NCBI GenBank assembly: GCA_964394725.1
Contig: CAYMYS010000001.1
Span: 1,763-65,762 of the forward strand
DNA length: 64,000 bases
Direction of reading: 5' to 3'
Source: an uncultured Syntrophaceae bacterium
GTDB taxonomy: Bacteria > Desulfobacterota > Syntrophia > Syntrophales > UBA2210
Of this stretch, positions 18,389 to 27,166 are shown piece by piece; within the stretch, counting starts at the first letter, position 1; every line of letters begins with the position of its first letter. A program made the position numbers and the translations under genes. The notes under the pieces were generated by a model. That model saw only the letters and a list, made by a program, of their open reading frames with translations, did no database searches and had not been told where the DNA came from.

Positions 18389-19270
18389 CTATGTCAGATT
18401 ACTTGTTGATGGTGGTTGAAGACATTCAAGGACAGTGCCATCACCATCATAAAAATAAAAGAGAACTCCGCCCCTGTTGGGGCCCTCGGGAATATGGAGC
18501 GGCTCGCTTATATAACGATAGCCCTTCGACCGAATCCTTTCAAAGGCATCTAAGGCATCGGCTACTCGAAATGCAATATGATGAAATCCCATGTAATTAA
18601 TCGTATCGCGGGGATTTTTGAATGGTGTAATGTTGTTATATTGATAAAGTTCGATGACCTGGTTGCAGGGGGAATTGATCCTTTGCACCCGCACGTCGGC
18701 CATGAGCCACTGTCCCGAACCGTCCTGCAGGGGAAGGTCTCTGTCAAATCTCTCGAGAGCCTCAAGTCCCAACAACCCCGAATAGAATTCCATCGATTGA
18801 TCGAGGTCAGACACGACGACCTCAATAGAATACCCTTTGGCGTCATTGGGCACAATCTCCCAGAACAGACCGGACACATCCTGAAAGATCAATGCCTCTT
18901 TCTGTATCATGCCGGGAATTTCAATAATGGACAGCCCCTGTTTTTTCACCCTATCGCGAATCTTTCCGACATCCTTGGTCCCGATGCAGACATGCGATAC
19001 CCCCAGGTACACTCCAAGTGACAGGGGGACATCCACCAGAGGAGGACTCGCTATTTCGAACATTTCGAGTCTGTTGGCCCCGTCGGGCGTCATATAGACA
19101 TTTCTCGCCTTGAAACCGGGAAGGCCCGTTACACTGCTGATCCAATCGCCTTCGCGACTGGAATCACTGAGGACCTGCATTCCCAGGCATTCGGCAAGAA
19201 AACTCTTATGCCAGTCAACATGACGGACCGTGAGGCCGACATGAAATATGTCACGTACCAATGCTTCCAT
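18389..19270 (-). CDS. VOC (glyoxalase/bleomycin-resistance/extradiol dioxygenase) family protein, two-domain
   Basis: 293 aa. Repeated 'H(V/I)(G/A)..V.D' beta-alpha-beta-beta-beta modules ('IFHVGLTVRHVD', 'FHHIAFRVADALDA'). Confidence 0.7.
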   Translation of the reverse strand: MEALVRDIFHVGLTVRHVDWHKSFLAECLGMQVLSDSSREGDWISSVTGLPGFKARNVYMTPDGANRLEMFEIASPPLVDVPLSLGVYLGVSHVCIGTKDVGKIRDRVKKQGLSIIEIPGMIQKEALIFQDVSGLFWEIVPNDAKGYSIEVVVSDLDQSMEFYSGLLGLEALERFDRDLPLQDGSGQWLMADVRVQRINSPCNQVIELYQYNNITPFKNPRDTINYMGFHHIAFRVADALDAFERIRSKGYRYISEPLHIPEGPNRGGVLFYFYDGDGTVLECLQPPSTSNLT

Positions 19271-19410
19271 TCAATCTTTCTTCGTTAGAGTTATTTGCTA
19301 TATCCAGAACTACAGGAAGGTGTAATACAATACAGTTTCACTTATTGTGAGAATCAGAGCAAACAAAGGCGTACGAAACGAACCTGAAACCGATTACAAT
19401 CACCATTAAA

Positions 19411-20199
19411 TTACCAGATGGAAAATCCTCCATCAACTACGATATTCTGACCGGTGATAAAATCCGATGCCGGCGAGGTGAGAAAAACGGCGGTACCGAC
19501 CAGGTCTTCTAATTTTCCGACACGACCCATGGGGGTATGATCGACACGCAATTTCATGTATGCGGGATCTTCCCAGAGATTGCGGTTAATATCGGAGATA
19601 AACCAGCCGGGACTGATGGCATTGACACAGACACCATCGGCACCCCACTCGGCGGCCGCTGCCTTTGTTAACTGGACTACACCGGCCTTGGTGACATAGT
19701 AGGGACTCATCTGCATACCCTGAACAATGGTGACCGCTGTCAGAGATGCGATACTGACTATCTTTCCATACTTTTGGGCCACCATCTCCCGTGCGATTCT
19801 CTTCGAACAGATCAGAACGCCTTTCAGATTGACATTGTAGACCTTGTCAAATTCCTCGGGCTCGAGTTCCAAAATGGGTTTACGAATATTAATGCCTGCA
19901 TTATTAATTAATATGTCGATATGCCCCCACTCGTCCATAATTGCACCGGCCATACTATCCACCTGCGCAGTATCGGCAACATCGGTAACCATGGACAGGG
20001 AGCGCCTTCCCTTCTCTTCTATTTCCTGTTTCACCAGTTTTGCGGCATCACCATCGATATCGGAAATGGCAACGTCGGCACCGGCATCAGCCAGGGCAAG
20101 GGCCAATGTACGGCCAATACCGCGACCGGAACCGGTCACAACGGCCGTACGACCTGAAAGGTCAAAAAGCAAACTACTCACAGTAAAATCCTCCAGCAA
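19411..20199 (-). CDS. SDR family oxidoreductase (KduD/gluconate-5-dehydrogenase-like)
   Basis: 'VTGSGRGIGR', 'NNAG' and 'YYVTKAG'. Confidence 0.85.
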   Translation of the reverse strand: MLEDFTVSSLLFDLSGRTAVVTGSGRGIGRTLALALADAGADVAISDIDGDAAKLVKQEIEEKGRRSLSMVTDVADTAQVDSMAGAIMDEWGHIDILINNAGINIRKPILELEPEEFDKVYNVNLKGVLICSKRIAREMVAQKYGKIVSIASLTAVTIVQGMQMSPYYVTKAGVVQLTKAAAAEWGADGVCVNAISPGWFISDINRNLWEDPAYMKLRVDHTPMGRVGKLEDLVGTAVFLTSPASDFITGQNIVVDGGFSIW

Positions 20200-20247
20200 A
20201 TAATCATACCCATAAGCATATGACTTTATATCATTACAAGGTTTCGT

Positions 20248-20274
20248 ATTATATCAAAACATAGACACTGTCAA
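20248..20274 (-). promoter_or_regulatory. Sigma70-type promoter for the SDR-VOC-TRAP-dehydrogenase operon
   Basis: Minus strand reads TTGACA (20274-20269), a 15-nt spacer, then TGaTATAAT (extended -10; hexamer 20253-20248). It lies about 45 nt upstream of the ATG at 20199. Confidence 0.55.
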
Positions 20275-20381
20275 GGATATATATAACCCTTCATATATAT
20301 ACCTACAACTGATGCTTGTCCAGATCTAACTCCGCATATTCTGCGAACAAAGGTGACACCTCCTTGAGCTCTTTTCCGTTC

Positions 20382-20428
20382 ATTGAAGCTCCCCGCAGCA
20401 AGGTGCGGGATATGCTCTCGCTCTTCCC
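20382..20428 (+). repeat. Composite palindromic intergenic element, copy c3 (divergent promoter region / tkt leader)
   Basis: ATTGAAGCTCCCCGCAGCAAGGTGCGGGATATGCTCTCGCTCTTCCC. The stem is shortened to CCCGCA/TGCGGG. Confidence 0.7.
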
Positions 20429-20499
20429 TTTAAAAAAAACTTTTTCTGAGAGTGTTTTTTTGTTAAGGTACGATGAATTTAAATGCTGATGAGGTATCT

Positions 20500-21324
20500 A
20501 TGGATAGAATACAAATTCAAGAATTAGAAAAACAGGCAAAGGAGATCAGAAGGCTGACCATTCAGGCATTCGGATCTCTTGGAGAAGGCCATGTGGGTGG
20601 CGCCCTCTCCATCGTGGAGATTCTCACCCTCCTCTATTACCGTTATATGCAGATCGACCCTGAGGACCCGAAAAAGGAGGATCGGGACCGCCTTGTCCTG
20701 TCAAAGGGACACGCCGGACCGGCACTGTATGCAACGCTGGCACTTCGCGGATACTTTCCCGCCGACTGGCTGGAGACGCTGAATCGAGGTGGAACCAGGC
20801 TGCCGAGCCACTGCGATATGAACCTGACGCCCGGCATCGACATGACTACGGGATCTCTGGGGCAGGGGATATCGACGGCCATCGGCCTCGCCTTGGGAAA
20901 CAGGCTCAATAGAATAGATCGAAATGTATACCTGATCATCGGCGACGGTGAGTCCGACGAAGGACAAATTTGGGAGGGGGCAATGGCTGCCCCCCATTAT
21001 GCACTGAGCAACCTTATTGCCTTTACCGACTTCAACAGAATGCAAATCGGCGGATATACGGATGAAATAATGAGTCTCGGCGATCTGGATGCAAAATGGA
21101 AGGCCTTTGGATGGTTTACACAGCACGTCGATGGCCACAATTTCGAAGCACTGGCCCAGGCCATTGAAGCGGCTCAAAAGGAACAAGAGCGGCCGTCTAT
21201 GATCATACTCGACACGATCAAGGGAAAGGGTGCGTCCTACGCTGAAGGGGACGTTGCCAACCATTACATGCCCGTATCACAAGAGCAGACGAAAGAGGCA
21301 CTGGAAAAACTGGAACGGAATTAA
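20500..21324 (+). CDS. Transketolase, N-terminal subunit (split form)
   Basis: 'GHVGGALSIVEIL' and TPP motif 'IGDGESDEGQIWE'. Start set at the ATG at 20500 (MDRIQIQ...), which follows GAGG. The track's ORF starts at 20473. Confidence 0.88.
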   Translation: MDRIQIQELEKQAKEIRRLTIQAFGSLGEGHVGGALSIVEILTLLYYRYMQIDPEDPKKEDRDRLVLSKGHAGPALYATLALRGYFPADWLETLNRGGTRLPSHCDMNLTPGIDMTTGSLGQGISTAIGLALGNRLNRIDRNVYLIIGDGESDEGQIWEGAMAAPHYALSNLIAFTDFNRMQIGGYTDEIMSLGDLDAKWKAFGWFTQHVDGHNFEALAQAIEAAQKEQERPSMIILDTIKGKGASYAEGDVANHYMPVSQEQTKEALEKLERN

Positions 21325-21336
21325 TGTGGAGGATGT

Positions 21337-22287
21337 ATGAATAAGGAAATGCGTGTTGTTTATGCCGAAACTCTCATAGAACTGGCCGAGGAGAACGAGG
21401 ATATCGTTCTCCTCGAGGCTGATCTGATGAAGGCGAACAGCACAAAAATATTTAAAGACAGGTTCCCCGAAAGAACCTTCGATGTCGGCGTGGCCGAGGC
21501 AAACATGGTGGGAATAGCGGCAGGACTTTCGGCAACGGGGAAAATACCCTTTGCAGGGAGTTTCGGTTGTTTTGCCGCCCGGAGGGCCTACGATCAATTC
21601 TTCATTTCTGCAAATTACGCGAGGCTCAATGTAAAACTTGTCGGTTCCTTCCCCGGAATAGCGGGGGCATTGAACGGCGGAACGCATATGCCCTTTGAAG
21701 ATCTTGGCCTTATGAGGAATATTCCGAGACTCGTCGTAATGGAACCCTGCGACGGCCTGTCTCTGAAGAGATTTATGGAAATAGCGGCATCATACAAGGG
21801 AAGTTGCTACATCAGGCTCCACCCGCGGGCAGTTCCCCCAATTTATGATGAAAGAGAATCTTTTGAAATAGGCAAAGGAAAGGTCCTGAAAGAAGGGACC
21901 GATGTGACCATCATAGCCACAGGGGCCGTCCTCGTTCCCGAGGCATTAAAGGCCCACGACATGCTTTCTCAAGAGGGCATATCTGCCGCCGTCATCGATA
22001 TGCCAACGATCAAGCCCATCGATGAAGGACTGATAGTCGATTATGCAAAAAAGACGAACGCCGTGGTGACCTGTGAAAATCACCAGATTGTCAACGGTCT
22101 CGGTTCGGCCGTTTCCGAGGTCCTTTCGGAACAATATCCCACATTGCTCCGCAGAGTCGGTGTCAATGAGGAGTTTGGAGAAGTCGGTACATTAGAATAT
22201 CTCCAACAGCGGTATCGCCTGACGGCAGCCGAAATCGTAACGAAGGCCAAGGAAATTATCAACCTAAAAAGGGAGTGTCATTCATGA
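21337..22287 (+). CDS. Transketolase, C-terminal subunit (split form)
   Basis: 316 aa with pyrimidine-binding and C-terminal domains ('FDVGVAEANMVGIAAGL'). Confidence 0.88.
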   Translation: MNKEMRVVYAETLIELAEENEDIVLLEADLMKANSTKIFKDRFPERTFDVGVAEANMVGIAAGLSATGKIPFAGSFGCFAARRAYDQFFISANYARLNVKLVGSFPGIAGALNGGTHMPFEDLGLMRNIPRLVVMEPCDGLSLKRFMEIAASYKGSCYIRLHPRAVPPIYDERESFEIGKGKVLKEGTDVTIIATGAVLVPEALKAHDMLSQEGISAAVIDMPTIKPIDEGLIVDYAKKTNAVVTCENHQIVNGLGSAVSEVLSEQYPTLLRRVGVNEEFGEVGTLEYLQQRYRLTAAEIVTKAKEIINLKRECHS

Positions 22288-22769
22288 GTACAATAAAAAT
22301 CGCTGTAGCATCGGATCTTTCCGGTTTTCCCCTTAAAGAGGGGATAGTGAATCATCTGAAATCGAAAGAGGGGATAGAAGTAATCGACTTCGGTATAGAG
22401 TCGGAAGACAAGGCAAAACCCTATTTTGAACAGGCGCCTCCCGTTGCCCGGGCCATCCAGGCCGGCACGGCAGATCGAGGCATTCTCATATGCGGAACGG
22501 GTCAGGGTATGGCCATTGTCGCAAATAAATTCAAGGGAATCTACGCATGCGTAGTCGATGATATCTTCTCGGGAGAACGCGCAAAAATCATCAACAATGC
22601 CAATGTGATTACCCTGGGCGGCTGGATCACGGCACCCTTCCTGGGGAAGGAAATTGTCGATGCCTGGTTGAGCGTCGGTTTTACAGAAAAAATGGAGTCC
22701 AAGGCCGATTTTCTCACCAATGCCTTTAATCAGGTGCTGGCACTGGAAGAGGAAAACTTTAAGGCATAA
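22284..22769 (+). CDS. rpiB: Ribose-5-phosphate isomerase B (RpiB/LacA/LacB family)
   Basis: 'ILICGTGQGMAIVANK'. ATGA overlap with the transketolase C-subunit stop. GGGAG ribosome-binding site upstream. Confidence 0.85.
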   Translation: MSTIKIAVASDLSGFPLKEGIVNHLKSKEGIEVIDFGIESEDKAKPYFEQAPPVARAIQAGTADRGILICGTGQGMAIVANKFKGIYACVVDDIFSGERAKIINNANVITLGGWITAPFLGKEIVDAWLSVGFTEKMESKADFLTNAFNQVLALEEENFKA

Positions 22770-22812
22770 CAATTGAGGGTATGGTAAAAAGTTATTTCCT
22801 CGCTTGATGACC

Positions 22813-22929
22813 ATTTCGGGGATGATATTTGAGCTTGGCTAAAAATCTAAAATTCGTGCTTACGCACTCAAACAATTAGATTTTTTAACGCCAATCACCG
22901 CAATCATCTCTTTCCCGAAATGCTCAAAT
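22813..22929. other. About 117-nt AT-rich rod-like inverted-repeat element (MITE-like or structured RNA)
   Basis: ATTTCGGGGATGAT (22813-26) pairs with ATCATC(tcttt)CCCGAAAT (22903-21). Inner TTGGC-t-AAAAATCTAA (22835-50) pairs with TTAGATTTTT-taac-GCCAA (22876-94). Apex is GTGC-TTAC-GCAC. ATTTGAGC (22827-34) can alternatively pair with GCTCAAAT (22922-29). Confidence 0.55.
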
Positions 22930-22982
22930 CCGCTTGAAAATGACTTTTTACTGCTTTGTCAGGATAGACACGTTTCACACAA

Positions 22983-23025
22983 TAACGCCCGGGCACAGGG
23001 AGTGGTTCTCTGTGCCCGGGCGTTA
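22983..23025 (-). terminator. 16-bp perfect hairpin between convergent rpiB and PFK genes (likely terminator, possibly bidirectional)
   Basis: TAACGCCCGGGCACAG (22983-98), an 11-nt loop, then CTGTGCCCGGGCGTTA (23010-25). On the minus strand it is followed by UUAUUGUGUG. Confidence 0.6.
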
Positions 23026-23055
23026 CATGTCTGTATCCCGGAGTCCTTATCCCAG

Positions 23056-24264
23056 CTAACGACCCTGACCTATCCTCGCATAGTCGGGGATAGGATCCCC
23101 GATGAGGGGCATGCAATAATCGATAAATTCCTGAGTGACAAAATTCCCCTCTCTATTAATAAAGTTTTCGGGAAGAAACTTCTCGACATTGGCCACCCTT
23201 TCCAGCGGGACCTGCCCGGCAGTGCATTCATACCCTCTTCCACCGGAGCGATCCAGCGTAACCATCACGTCGGAGATACCCTCGGCAAAAAACTGCACCG
23301 CCTTTTGGCCAACCATGAAGGCCTCTCTCACATCGCTCGATGAGGCAACACTGGTCATGGATCGCTGTATGGTTCCGGGTCGGTTGCAGCGGGCCTTCAA
23401 ACCCAAGCGGGCTGCAAGAAGGTTGCACAGATATACCCCCGGTCCCGTACCGAAGGATATGGCAGTATGACCGAAGGCATCGACCCTGGCATCCTTGGCA
23501 CCGATAAATTCCCCGTCAGTATAACGCACCCCTTCACTGAGCGCCACATAGACATACCCCAGTCTATCGTGAACTGCCTTCACGTCCTTGAGAAATTTCT
23601 CCTCATCGAATATCCGTTCCGGCATATAGATCAGATGCGGTGCATCGGCTTCGCACCGTTTTCCCAGGGCACTGGAACCGACAAGCCATCCCGTATGACG
23701 CCCCATAATCTCAAAAATCGCCACATCCTCAAAGGTCTGCATCGACTCCAGATCGCGCCCCGACTCCACCGTTGCAAGTGCGACAAAGCGGGCTGCGCTG
23801 CCATAACCGGGGCAGTGATCCGTTTCGGGGAGATCATTGTCAACCGTTTTCGGCACACCGATGGCCCGCATGTCATATCCCTTCTCCCGGGTGAGGCTGG
23901 AAATCTTGTGGCAGGTATCCATACTGTCATTGCCGCCGATATAAACGAAGTACCTGATATCGTAGTCGGCAAAGAGCCGGAGAAGAAGGGTCTCATATTC
24001 TTTATCTTTTGTCAGCTGATGACGGCAGCTCCCCAGAACGGAAGCCGGCGTATACATCAGTTTATCAACCAGATCGTCGGGCTCATCCGTCAGATCATAG
24101 AGATCCCCCTTCAATGCACCCTCTATCCCCTGCTTCATCCCATAGATCCTTCCAATCTCCGGCATTTTTTTCGCCTCATCGAGCACACCGGCCAGACTGA
24201 CGTTTATCACAGGGGTGGGACCCCCCGATTGACCTATCAATAGATTTCCCTTTAATAGCATCAC
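23056..24264 (-). CDS. 6-phosphofructokinase family protein (possibly PPi-dependent)
   Basis: 'GQSGGPTPVIN', 'YIGGNDSMD' and 'GVPKTVDNDL'. GGNDS replaces the ATP-type GGDGS, which hints at PPi use. That assignment is uncertain. Confidence 0.8.
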   Translation of the reverse strand: MMLLKGNLLIGQSGGPTPVINVSLAGVLDEAKKMPEIGRIYGMKQGIEGALKGDLYDLTDEPDDLVDKLMYTPASVLGSCRHQLTKDKEYETLLLRLFADYDIRYFVYIGGNDSMDTCHKISSLTREKGYDMRAIGVPKTVDNDLPETDHCPGYGSAARFVALATVESGRDLESMQTFEDVAIFEIMGRHTGWLVGSSALGKRCEADAPHLIYMPERIFDEEKFLKDVKAVHDRLGYVYVALSEGVRYTDGEFIGAKDARVDAFGHTAISFGTGPGVYLCNLLAARLGLKARCNRPGTIQRSMTSVASSSDVREAFMVGQKAVQFFAEGISDVMVTLDRSGGRGYECTAGQVPLERVANVEKFLPENFINREGNFVTQEFIDYCMPLIGDPIPDYARIGQGR

Positions 24265-24320
24265 CGCTCATTCTCCTTCATGATTCTTTTGTTACGTCTC
24301 TGTAAGTACCCGAGGGCCTC

Positions 24321-25169
24321 CTAGATCAGGGCTTTGTATCCCCTTGCAAAGAATTCCAGTTTGTCCTGGACCATAGCCGCCACGGCATTCTTGCAGGCCT
24401 GGGGAATACCGACCATATCATAGGCGGATACGTTCTTCTCATGGGCCTCGATAAATGCCCTGATATATGTTGTTTTGACTTCCGTACCGATGTTGATCTT
24501 CTTGATCCCTATTTCGACGCCCTTGGCAAATTGCTCAAGTGTCAGACCAGTACCTCCGTGAAGAATCAAGGGTACATCGCCGGAGATCTTTTTAATTGTG
24601 CTGAGACGGTCAAAATCCAGCTTCGGTTCACCCTTGTACAGCCCGTGGGCATTCCCGATGGAAACGGCCAGGGCATCGACAGATGTCTTGCTGAGAAATT
24701 CTTCGACATGTGAAGGATCGGTCATCTTTGCCTTCTTTGCCTCTTCACCATCTTCTATGCCTGCCAGTGCGCCCAGTTCGGCCTCTACGGAAACACCCAG
24801 GGCCTGTGCCGCCTCGGTGACCTTGTTTGTAATCGCAATATTTTCTTCCAGCGGCAGGTGGGAGCCATCGATCATAACGGCGCTGAATCCCAGTTTCATA
24901 GCCTTCATGCACGTTTCATAATCCTTTGAGTGGTCCAGGAAGACACATACGGGGACAGTTGCCTCGCGGGCAAGCTGAACCATAATCTGACCAACATATT
25001 CATTTCCCGGCTGATTGAGGGGGGGTTGGCCGATCATCAGTATAACCGGCAATCCCGATTCCTCTGCACCCTGCACAATACCCTGGGCAGTAAAAAGATC
25101 ATAGGTACTGAAAGCCCCAACGGCACCCTTATGCTCCTTTAATATTTCCTTCAATGTCACTAATGCCAT
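24321..25169 (-). CDS. fba: Class II fructose/ketose-bisphosphate aldolase
   Basis: 282 aa. 'FLDHSKD', 'VMIDGSHLP' and 'LILHGGTGL' are typical of class II aldolases. Confidence 0.85.
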   Translation of the reverse strand: MALVTLKEILKEHKGAVGAFSTYDLFTAQGIVQGAEESGLPVILMIGQPPLNQPGNEYVGQIMVQLAREATVPVCVFLDHSKDYETCMKAMKLGFSAVMIDGSHLPLEENIAITNKVTEAAQALGVSVEAELGALAGIEDGEEAKKAKMTDPSHVEEFLSKTSVDALAVSIGNAHGLYKGEPKLDFDRLSTIKKISGDVPLILHGGTGLTLEQFAKGVEIGIKKINIGTEVKTTYIRAFIEAHEKNVSAYDMVGIPQACKNAVAAMVQDKLEFFARGYKALI

Positions 25170-25278
25170 AATCTCTCTCCACTTTCATTAATAAATTCTG
25201 TCGTCTTTTACCCTGTCCGAAGGCAGGGCACGTTGAACAGTAATTGTAACCGTTTACGAAAATTGTACCTTAACGCTT

Positions 25279-25306
25279 ATTATAGGAAATAGACTTGCCC
25301 TGTCAA
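25279..25306 (-). promoter_or_regulatory. Consensus sigma70 promoter upstream of fba
   Basis: Minus strand reads TTGACA (25306-25301), a 16-nt spacer, then TATAAT (25284-25279). This implies a leader of about 100 nt carrying a CCCUGCCUUCGGACAGGG hairpin (25211-25228). Confidence 0.6.
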
Positions 25307-25436
25307 CAGGATTTAGTCACATATTCCCATTGCCGGCATTGCCTTGACAGACTATGAATACTTTGCATATTTTACGGCCTATAACACAGGGATGATAGCC
25401 ATTGCCTTTTATTCGAGACGGGGAGCAGGTCCATCG

Positions 25437-25478
25437 ATTGAAACTCCCCGCAGCCGTGCAGACCCATGAGTGGGGAGT
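25437..25478 (+). repeat. Degenerate copy (c4) of the composite palindromic element
   Basis: ATTGAAACTCCCCGCAGC matches the 5' half of the family. The 3' half is replaced, and ACTCCCC/GGGGAGT pair across a 22-nt loop. It sits at the end of pseudogene fragment A. Confidence 0.4.
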
Positions 25479-25775
25479 CGTACTCGACTGCATCCCCGAT
25501 GAAGAGCTTGAAGGCAGAACGGCAAGCTGCTGGCCTTTTCACCCCTGGCACAGCGGACCATGAAGGAAGTCCTCAATGCGGCTCAGGACAAGCAGTTAAG
25601 TGTTTATAATCGCTTAAGATCATTTTGGTCTCAGGGCCAGCACCCATATCATCGGTTCTGTCCAACCATGCTTTTCGGCGACCTGAGAGACGATGAAGCA
25701 TCTCGATAGATCGGCATTTACAATTTTTGCCAATCCTGGCATTTTTTGTAAATGGAAGGATAAGGCGTCACCCAT
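25478..25775 (-). pseudogene. Decayed fragment A of a DNA-methyltransferase-like gene (paralogue of 27167..27535)
   Basis: A 51-codon ORF (25620..25775) gives 'MGDALSFHLQKMPGLAKIVNADLSRCFIVSQVAEKHGWTEPMIWVLALRPK*'. After stops and a frameshift, the downstream sequence still reads 'PGVKRPAACRSAFKLFIGDAVEYD'. Confidence 0.5.
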
Positions 25776-25805
25776 TCGTCATACATTGAAAATAATCTCA
25801 TCCTA

Positions 25806-26864
25806 TCAGGGTTTATGCTTCATTACAGAGCGAACACCTTTTCCAGATGGTTTCCCCTTTTTCCGCTTATCAGTAGTATATGACATCTCATTCAATGCTG
25901 ACTCCGCCTTGAGCTTTACATGATTCTGATAGTGTTCCTGCCGCAGTGTACCGTCTTTAAGTGCCTTCAAAACTGCGCATCCAGGTTCCGTCCTGTGGCT
26001 GCAATTGGTGAAGCGGCAACTCTTCGATAATTCCTGGATATCATCGAAGTTGTCATCCATTCCTTCGCCGGCACCCACAATGCCTACCTCTCGCATTCCC
26101 GGTGTATCGATCAACATTGCACCCTGTTCAAGAACGATAAGTTGACGACGAACAGTCGTGTGTCGTCCTTCTCCGGAATCACTGACTGTTCTTGTTTTCA
26201 ATGTATCATGGCCGGTGAGTTGGTTAATGAGCGTCGACTTACCAACTCCTGAGGAACCAACTATACAGTATGTTTTTCCAAAGCCCATAAACTCTTTGAC
26301 CTGGTCTAAACCAGCTCCAGTTACATTACTGACAGCAATAATCCTTGTGTTAATCCCGCTATCACGAATTTCCGAGATTAATTGTTCCAGTTCATCTGCA
26401 CCGACCAAGTCCGTTTTGGTTAGAATGAGCAATGGTGCAACATAACCTTCAGTGGCCATCACCAGATAGCGTTCAAGTCTGCTCACATTAAAATCGTAGT
26501 GGCACGATTGAACAATGAAGACTGTATCAATATTTGCCGCGATCATCTGAAACTCGATGTTCTTCCCGGCAGTTTTCCGACGCAGAAAGGATTTTCTCGG
26601 CAGAATCGCATGGATGCCCACGGAATTTCCGGAGTCTTCGTACTGCACACAGACCCAATCACCGACGCAGGGCATATCGATAGTCGATTCCGTAGAGTTC
26701 AGAAATTTGCCTGTTGCCTGGGCGGGGACTTCCCCATGCTCATTCCTGATTGTATACCAGCCTCGATCAACGGCAGTTACCCGGGCAATTCGCTGTTCAG
26801 GTTTACATAGTTCACTGGCCCGATCTTTAAACCAACGGTCCAATCCAAGTTCGATCAATTCCAT
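25806..26864 (-). CDS. rsgA: Ribosome small-subunit-dependent GTPase A
   Basis: 'IVGSSGVGKSTLIN', 'DTPGMRE', 'LTKTDL', zinc motif 'CRFTNCSHRTEPGC'. Has a Lys-rich C-terminal tail. Confidence 0.9.
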   Translation of the reverse strand: MELIELGLDRWFKDRASELCKPEQRIARVTAVDRGWYTIRNEHGEVPAQATGKFLNSTESTIDMPCVGDWVCVQYEDSGNSVGIHAILPRKSFLRRKTAGKNIEFQMIAANIDTVFIVQSCHYDFNVSRLERYLVMATEGYVAPLLILTKTDLVGADELEQLISEIRDSGINTRIIAVSNVTGAGLDQVKEFMGFGKTYCIVGSSGVGKSTLINQLTGHDTLKTRTVSDSGEGRHTTVRRQLIVLEQGAMLIDTPGMREVGIVGAGEGMDDNFDDIQELSKSCRFTNCSHRTEPGCAVLKALKDGTLRQEHYQNHVKLKAESALNEMSYTTDKRKKGKPSGKGVRSVMKHKP

Positions 26865-27166
26865 GTAAGTAATTTCCCTTTTTCTATCTTAATGTGCATC
26901 CACTCTCTCAACACGTATAATGCCCTGCCTTTGAGCTGCCCCTCTTCCCAATGGTTGATCTGCACGGTCCTATAGCATGTGGTAGTTTTATGTTCCCATT
27001 CATTAACCGGGCAGGCACAGGGGCCTGCCCCTACAAATATGGTTCCTCACTATACAACCATTATTCATATTTTTCCCCAATAAACTAGAATTACCATTCC
27101 AGCCCGGCTATGTTACCGATTTAAGAAAAAACAGATTAAATTATGGGACGCTTCCCTTAAATTACT

